Virus record (IMG/VR): IMGVR_UViG_3300032231_000009
Coordinates: 1 to 41,082 of that record
DNA length: 41,082 nt
Strand: one strand, 5' to 3'
Source of the DNA: a virus
Taxonomy: Duplodnaviria > Caudoviricetes
Of this stretch, positions 36,166 through 41,082 are shown one piece after another. Within the stretch, counting starts at the first letter, position 1. Every line of letters starts with the position of its first letter. The notes below the pieces were generated by a model. It saw only the letters and a program-made list of their open reading frames with translations. It was not told the origin of the DNA and did no database searches. The position numbers and the translations under genes were made by a program.

Positions 36166-36365
36166 AGCAATAAAGGGGCCATCCGGGCTGGGCGGATTGG
36201 CGAATTCCGGGTTTCCTGTGCTGGAATTTTCGGTTGCAAGAAGAGGGCCATCCGTGCTGGGCCAGGGCGGGGATTCCGGAGATTTTGAGTAGGAATTGTG
36301 CCTGGGTCGGGTTGCAAGAAGGGTGCCATGCGTTGGGCCTTTTTAGGGTTGCAATACCCGTGCCT
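36166..36365 (-). promoter_or_regulatory. Four tandem sigma-54 (-24/-12) promoter-like motifs
   Basis: Minus strand TGGCCCCTTTATTGCT, TGGCCCTCTTCTTGCA, TGGCACCCTTCTTGCA, AGGCACGGGTATTGCA; all GG-N10-GC with TTGCW. Confidence 0.7.
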
Positions 36366-36448
36366 TGAGCAGCGATTTAGGGGATAACAGATACCTAACA
36401 AGGGCGGAAAAGAAAATGAGATTGGAGGTGAAAATAAGGCCGATTCCC

Positions 36449-36477
36449 TTGAATAATTCCCGCCCTTGTCCGATAAT
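36449..36477 (+). promoter_or_regulatory. Sigma70-like promoter for histone-like paralogue B
   Basis: TTGAAT-17 bp-GATAAT. Confidence 0.55.
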
Positions 36478-36646
36478 CACTTTGTCGGTTCACTTGAATC
36501 GGCCTTGACAATTCGGACGACGAATCGCCTTGGACCCGTTCCAAGGCAACCGTTATGCCCTGGCCGATTCTCGGTCAGGACCTTTCGGCCTTTCAAGAAG
36601 GAAGGCCAAACCCGGTCCATTCGGACCACTTCAGTAGGAATGAACA

Positions 36647-37021
36647 ATGACGACCACAGCAAAGAAGTCCACTCGCAAGTCCACTCGCAAGTCCCCCGTC
36701 AAGAAGGCCAGTAAGAAGGCCAGTAAGCGGACCGTCAAGAAGGCCGCTCCTGTCAAGAAGGCCAGCAAGAAGACTGTTACCAAGGCCGACGATATCGATG
36801 TCCCGGCCAAGAAGGTCAGGACTGGCCTGACCGACGTTCCCAACGCCTTGACTGGCAAGGCCATCCGCCGGATTCTCAGGGCCGCCGGAATCCGCCTTTC
36901 CGAAATGCCCGAACTCGGCAAGGTTCCCGTCACCGTCAAGGACGGTTTCGCAATCGTCAAGATCGGCGGTCAGGAATTCAAGACTGCGGTCAGGCCAGAC
37001 GCCGACAAGAAGGAAGGCTAG
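36647..37021 (+). CDS. Histone-H1-like basic protein, paralogue B
   Basis: KSTR/KKAS repeats plus GKAIRRILRAAGIRLSEMPE domain similar to 34642. Confidence 0.78.
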   Translation: MTTTAKKSTRKSTRKSPVKKASKKASKRTVKKAAPVKKASKKTVTKADDIDVPAKKVRTGLTDVPNALTGKAIRRILRAAGIRLSEMPELGKVPVTVKDGFAIVKIGGQEFKTAVRPDADKKEG

Positions 37022-37032
37022 AACCACCACCT

Positions 37033-37070
37033 AGGCCGGTTCCCCTTTACGGGGAATCGGCCTTCCTTTT
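37033..37070 (+). terminator. Hairpin / probable terminator
   Basis: AGGCCGGTTCCCC...GGGGAATCGGCCT followed by TCCTTTT. Confidence 0.65.
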
Positions 37071-37089
37071 ACTTCAGGAGAATTGAACG

Positions 37090-37641
37090 ATGAACGACGA
37101 TATCAGACCCGACGACGACAAGGCCGACATTGGACGGGGCCTTCCCCGATACGTCCCGGCCAAGAAGGCCGCTCCCGGTCAGGCCGCCCGCTTGTCCTGG
37201 CCCGGCCCCTCCCTTTCGGACCTACGCAAGAACGATGAATCAGAAGGACGGCAACCGTCGCTCGTAAAGGTCAGGCCATACGGTCAGGACCAAGCCCCCT
37301 TGTATCCTTCCGACTACCGCTATCAATTCGCCCGCATTCTCCATGATGAGGCTCGAGGGTACGGACCTTCATTCGCCAAGCCCGACCACCTTCCGTTCAT
37401 GGACAGGGTCAGTCTTCTTGAAGCTGGGAATGCCATGATGGCCGAACGGATACCGGAAGGGGCCGACGATAAGGAGTTGGTTAGGAATTCTGAATTCCAA
37501 ACCATCAAGGCCAACATGGTCCGGATCGCCGCCCTTCTATTCTTGTCCGACCCTGCGGATCTGGAATGGATCGACTACCTTGAAATGGTTTGCTCGGAAA
37601 GGCCGGTCGACCTCCTGGACATGGTTCTCGAAAGGACATGA
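37090..37641 (+). CDS. Hypothetical protein
   Basis: AGGAG RBS; 183 aa; followed by a terminator. Confidence 0.65.
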   Translation: MNDDIRPDDDKADIGRGLPRYVPAKKAAPGQAARLSWPGPSLSDLRKNDESEGRQPSLVKVRPYGQDQAPLYPSDYRYQFARILHDEARGYGPSFAKPDHLPFMDRVSLLEAGNAMMAERIPEGADDKELVRNSEFQTIKANMVRIAALLFLSDPADLEWIDYLEMVCSERPVDLLDMVLERT

Positions 37642-37658
37642 TCCCGACATGATCCCGG

Positions 37659-37689
37659 AAGGGTCGCCCGTAAAGGGTGGCCCTTTTTT
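37659..37689 (+). terminator. Rho-independent terminator
   Basis: AAGGGTCGCCC-GTAAA-GGGTGGCCCTT followed by a T-run. Confidence 0.8.
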
Positions 37690-37954
37690 CGTGTCTGTTC
37701 ATTTGGACTGAAGAGGGCGGACTACTTTGTATCTGATATATAAGGGGGGAGTCATCGGTTCAAGGAAGGGGCCCGCCACACCCCGACCCCACTCCCACCT
37801 CGTTCAATGGATATGAACAGCCGGAGACTTCAGTGGATATGAACATGAGCCACTATGAGCCACCCCCGGGGTTATAAATCGTGGGTGACCCACGAGAAAT
37901 CGTAAGCCCATCAACACACCTAAAAATGACACCCTAAACTATTATCTCTACTAC

Positions 37955-37996
<42 letters not shown>

Positions 37997-38173
37997 AGTC
38001 TCTATACACCTGATATAATATATCTCATAACCCATCCCTTGCCCCCCCGCTCATGCCGTTATATCTTGCATGGGCTGAGAGACGGCAACCGGAGGGCCTC
38101 TATACGTCTTGGTTCGGCGTGAGGCCCTCCACCTTTACCCCTGTCCCGAGCCCCCCACGAGGAGGACCCCGAC

Positions 38174-38620
38174 ATGAAAGGACCAACATCACTACGCGCC
38201 CAGCCAATAACAGAGAAGCTCGATGAGCCACTCACCGATCTCAAGACCCAACTGGCTACGCAATACCAGCCCACGGCCCCGCAGGTGCAGTATGTCCTGC
38301 TCCTTGCCTCTGGCCTACCCGCTGAAAAGGCACGACGCAAGCTCAAGATCACACTGAAGAAGGTCAGGGCTTGGTGCCTGAGCGAAGGATATCGGTGCTG
38401 GAAGGACTCCATCATTGCCGCCGAGTCCACCCGTCATGTAGGAGAGGCCCGCGCCGCCCTCCGTAACCTGGTGAAAGAGGGAGACCTCGGAGCTATCAAG
38501 GCATACCTGGAAGGGTATGACCCAGAGTATAAGGCCCATCTCGCTAAGGGGCCCCAGGTTCAGCACAACAACTACCACGCGCATCTACACAATGTCACTC
38601 CTACTTCCACTACCAAGTAA
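38174..38620 (+). CDS. terS: Probable terminase small subunit
   Basis: GAGGAGG RBS; HTH-like N-terminal part, GDLGAIKAYLE helix; directly upstream of terL. Confidence 0.7.
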   Translation: MKGPTSLRAQPITEKLDEPLTDLKTQLATQYQPTAPQVQYVLLLASGLPAEKARRKLKITLKKVRAWCLSEGYRCWKDSIIAAESTRHVGEARAALRNLVKEGDLGAIKAYLEGYDPEYKAHLAKGPQVQHNNYHAHLHNVTPTSTTK

Positions 38621-40001
38621 GCTCGTCATCCCCGACGAACTCGATGTTGTCAACCATCCCCTTCACCATGGGTACGCCGACCCCGTCGGACACAAGGTAG
38701 CGGGCCACGTATACCAGCATCCCATACGTCAAGACCTCATCATAAACCCTCCCCCAGACTTTGGCGGAGTGGACAAGTGGAAGCACTTTGAGTCTATTGG
38801 CTACACCCCTCATCCCGGGCAGCTGGCATTTCATCGTTCCTTGGCCCGCTTCCGCATCACCTTTGCGGGGTCACGTTGGGGTAAGTCCTGCTCCGCTGCT
38901 CGAGAGGTAGAGCCCATCATCCTGACACCCAATACAAACGGGTGGATCGTGGCCCCTACCTACCAGCTAGGTGAGAAGGAGTTCCGCTACATCTGGCACG
39001 ATCTGATTGAGGTGCTGGGCTTGCCCACCCTCGAAGCCTCTTACAACGTGAGGCAGGGCAACTTCTTCCTTCGCTTCCCTTGGGGCTCGACGGTCGAAGT
39101 CAAGACGGCGAAGGTCGGGCAGATGTCTAACCTGCTCGGCGAAGAGCTAGACTGGGTCATCATGGCTGAGGCAGCAGAGATGCACTCGTCCGCCTGGGCC
39201 CGCTATCTCCGGATGAGGCTTCATACCCGTAAAGGCATAGCCGTCTTTAGCACCAGCCCGAAGGGGTTCGGGTGGGTCTATAAGAAGGCCAAGCTAGGTA
39301 ACCCGCCCAACTCGAAGTGGCACGCCTTCTATGGGGACTCTCGAGACAACCCACACAACATCGATGACCCCGATGAAGATGAGATGACCAAGGAGGATTA
39401 CAACGAGCAGGTGAAGGGTATACCCGATGCTCGCGGTGGTCGCTGCTTCCAGGAGTTCTCAAGGGCCATACACGTCAAGCCCTGTCGCTTCGTTCTCCGT
39501 AAGAGGGGCTATCGATACTACAGGTGCGTGGACTTCGGGTACACGAACCCCTTCGTCTGTCTCTGGTATGCCAAGGATCATGATGGCAACTACTACTTCT
39601 ATCGGGAGTACTACAAGAAGAAGGAGCTGATCGATACCCACATCAAGCACATCAAGGGCTTTAGAGAACGTATCGAGACTACGTGGGCTGACCATGACGC
39701 TAAGGATCGGCGGGCCATGTGGGATAAGGGCATAGATACTCGCAACGCCAAGAAGGATATCGAGGATGGTATCCGCTCCGTGAAGCGTATGTTCCTAGCC
39801 AAGCACCCGCATACACCCAGCCATAGGCGCATCACAATCGACCCCTCCTGTGTCGAGCTGATCCGCACCCTTGAAGATGTCGTGTGGCAGGAGGGTCGCG
39901 AGAACGTGAAGGAAATTTATGTAGATTCTGATAATGACCCCCTTGACGCGATGCGATATGGGGTCCACAGTGAAGAGAACGTTGGGGCATGGGGCATTTG
40001 A
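38592..40001 (+). CDS. terL: Terminase large subunit (start 38592 or 38517)
   Basis: HPGQ, AGSRWGKS Walker A, VAPTY, VIMAEA Walker B, STSPKG, VDFGYTNP, D..DAMRY. Confidence 0.93.
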   Translation: MSLLLPLPSKLVIPDELDVVNHPLHHGYADPVGHKVAGHVYQHPIRQDLIINPPPDFGGVDKWKHFESIGYTPHPGQLAFHRSLARFRITFAGSRWGKSCSAAREVEPIILTPNTNGWIVAPTYQLGEKEFRYIWHDLIEVLGLPTLEASYNVRQGNFFLRFPWGSTVEVKTAKVGQMSNLLGEELDWVIMAEAAEMHSSAWARYLRMRLHTRKGIAVFSTSPKGFGWVYKKAKLGNPPNSKWHAFYGDSRDNPHNIDDPDEDEMTKEDYNEQVKGIPDARGGRCFQEFSRAIHVKPCRFVLRKRGYRYYRCVDFGYTNPFVCLWYAKDHDGNYYFYREYYKKKELIDTHIKHIKGFRERIETTWADHDAKDRRAMWDKGIDTRNAKKDIEDGIRSVKRMFLAKHPHTPSHRRITIDPSCVELIRTLEDVVWQEGRENVKEIYVDSDNDPLDAMRYGVHSEENVGAWGI

Positions 40002-40151
40002 CAATGCCATGAAAGCCCAAGTAAGAAGTAGAAATCTAACTACGGAATAGCGGTGTTTCAAGTAGGTTACTAACTCGCGGCTCTGACTTCTACATCAGCG
40101 GCCCTGGACGTCGCCTACCCCTCATGCCCCCCTCTCCTTTACAGGGTCAAG

Positions 40152-41082
40152 ATGAACGTCATTGAAAAACTCAGGCAAGCTCTGGCAGCATTCATTGCCC
40201 CGCACATGCCCGTAGAGAATAGGAACCAGACCACCGACGAGCCTTACGGCCCAGACATCGGCGGGACAATGACATCCGAAGTGGGCCAGAGCTATGGGGC
40301 CTACCAACAGACGTATGCCCATGTCGCGTGGGTGCACATGGCTGTCTCGGTCCTGTCATCTACCCTGGCCTCTGTTCCATTCAAGGTAGCGCACAAGGAG
40401 AGCGGGGAGGAGTTTCCTGATCACCTTATTCTCCGTATGCTCAGTGCTCCTAACCCCCACGACATCGGAGCTAACTTCGTTGGGCTGACGCGCACCTTCC
40501 TCGAGCTGACTGGCAACGCCTATTGGCTCATTGTCAAGGACCAAGCGGGCACACCTATCAATCTGTATGCCCTGGACTCGTCCAGAATGGAGCCCATCCC
40601 TGATCCTGTCGTGAAGGTGAAAGGCTACTCCTATCATCTACTCGATGGTCAGGTGCAGAACTATGACCCGAGTGAGATCGTTCACCTCAAGTATCCTAAC
40701 CCTAACAACCCTATGATGGGTGTAGGTAGGATCGAGGCTGCACGTAGGGCCATCACCCTTGACATCCAAGCAGAGGAATTCAACACAGCGTTCTTCACCA
40801 ACAACGCCATCCCCTCTGCTCTCCTGGTTCCCGAGGAGCCCCTCTCTAACACCCAGCTCAATCGGGTGCGAAGGATGCTACAGAGAGAGTTCAAGGGAGT
40901 CCAGAACCAGCACGGCATCGGTATCATCGGTGCTAATATGAAGCTGGAGAAGATTGGAATCAACGCCAAAGACATGGAGTTCCTGAAGCAGCAGAGCTTC
41001 TCGAGAGATAAGATCGGCTCCATGTTCCACGTTCCTCCTGTCTACATGGGCAACTTCTCCGAAGCGTCCTATGCAAATGCTG
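40152..41082 (+). CDS. HK97-family portal protein, N-terminal part (continues at the window start)
   Basis: Translated by hand: WVHMAVSVLS, PNP, LTGNAYW, EIVHLKYPNP, FFTNNAIPS; absent from the ORF track because no stop occurs before the end. Confidence 0.93.
   Translation, partial: MNVIEKLRQALAAFIAPHMPVENRNQTTDEPYGPDIGGTMTSEVGQSYGAYQQTYAHVAWVHMAVSVLSSTLASVPFKVAHKESGEEFPDHLILRMLSAPNPHDIGANFVGLTRTFLELTGNAYWLIVKDQAGTPINLYALDSSRMEPIPDPVVKVKGYSYHLLDGQVQNYDPSEIVHLKYPNPNNPMMGVGRIEAARRAITLDIQAEEFNTAFFTNNAIPSALLVPEEPLSNTQLNRVRRMLQREFKGVQNQHGIGIIGANMKLEKIGINAKDMEFLKQQSFSRDKIGSMFHVPPVYMGNFSEASYANA
40901..41082. repeat. Terminal direct repeat, copy 2
   Basis: Matches 1-182 with one mismatch. Confidence 0.97.

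Noticed and set aside
35765-36365. CRISPR array or mini-array
   Set aside because: Repeats are short and degenerate with irregular or no spacers; the Cas4-like gene sits in a Sak4/SSB recombination module
36096-36401. ORFs 36096-36401 (-) and 36100-36288 (+) as genes
   Set aside because: Translations simply mirror the DNA repeats, and the minus ORF overlaps rather than follows the sigma54 motifs
40901-41082. 182-bp repeat as a biological direct terminal repeat
   Set aside because: It falls inside the portal gene, as expected for a circular assembly overlap; the single synonymous mismatch suggests strain variation or read error

Overview
The window is a complete circular (permuted) genome of a tailed dsDNA phage with a 40,900 bp unit length; positions 40901-41082 repeat 1-182 and split the portal gene. 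All credible genes are on the + strand, and I found no integrase, repressor, tRNA or CRISPR, so the phage is probably lytic. Gene order: terS/terL, HK97-type portal/protease/capsid, neck, non-contractile tail (with a -1 frameshift chaperone), paralogous tail-tip proteins, a lysis-like cluster with no recognisable endolysin, SF2 helicase, Cas4-like exonuclease/Sak4/SSB, a TOPRIM primase fused to an MCM-type helicase, family A DNA polymerase and nucleotide-metabolism genes. Four features stand out. (1) A putative cytosine-modification module has two thymidylate-synthase-fold proteins that both carry Asp at the dCMP/dUMP specificity position, plus two all-alpha NTP pyrophosphatase-like genes and a dCMP deaminase, but no kinase or glycosyltransferase. 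(2) A ~1.1 kb non-coding control region holds a tandem array of sigma-54 (-24/-12) motifs facing antisense, a 14-bp-period TGACA-N3-TGTCA palindrome array and iteron-like repeats. (3) There are two paralogous histone-H1-like proteins, and Lys-rich tails are appended to several replication proteins. (4) An STTCA-N7-TGAAS palindrome recurs five times, twice enclosing a ribosome-binding site. All function calls come from motif recognition by eye; no database search was run.
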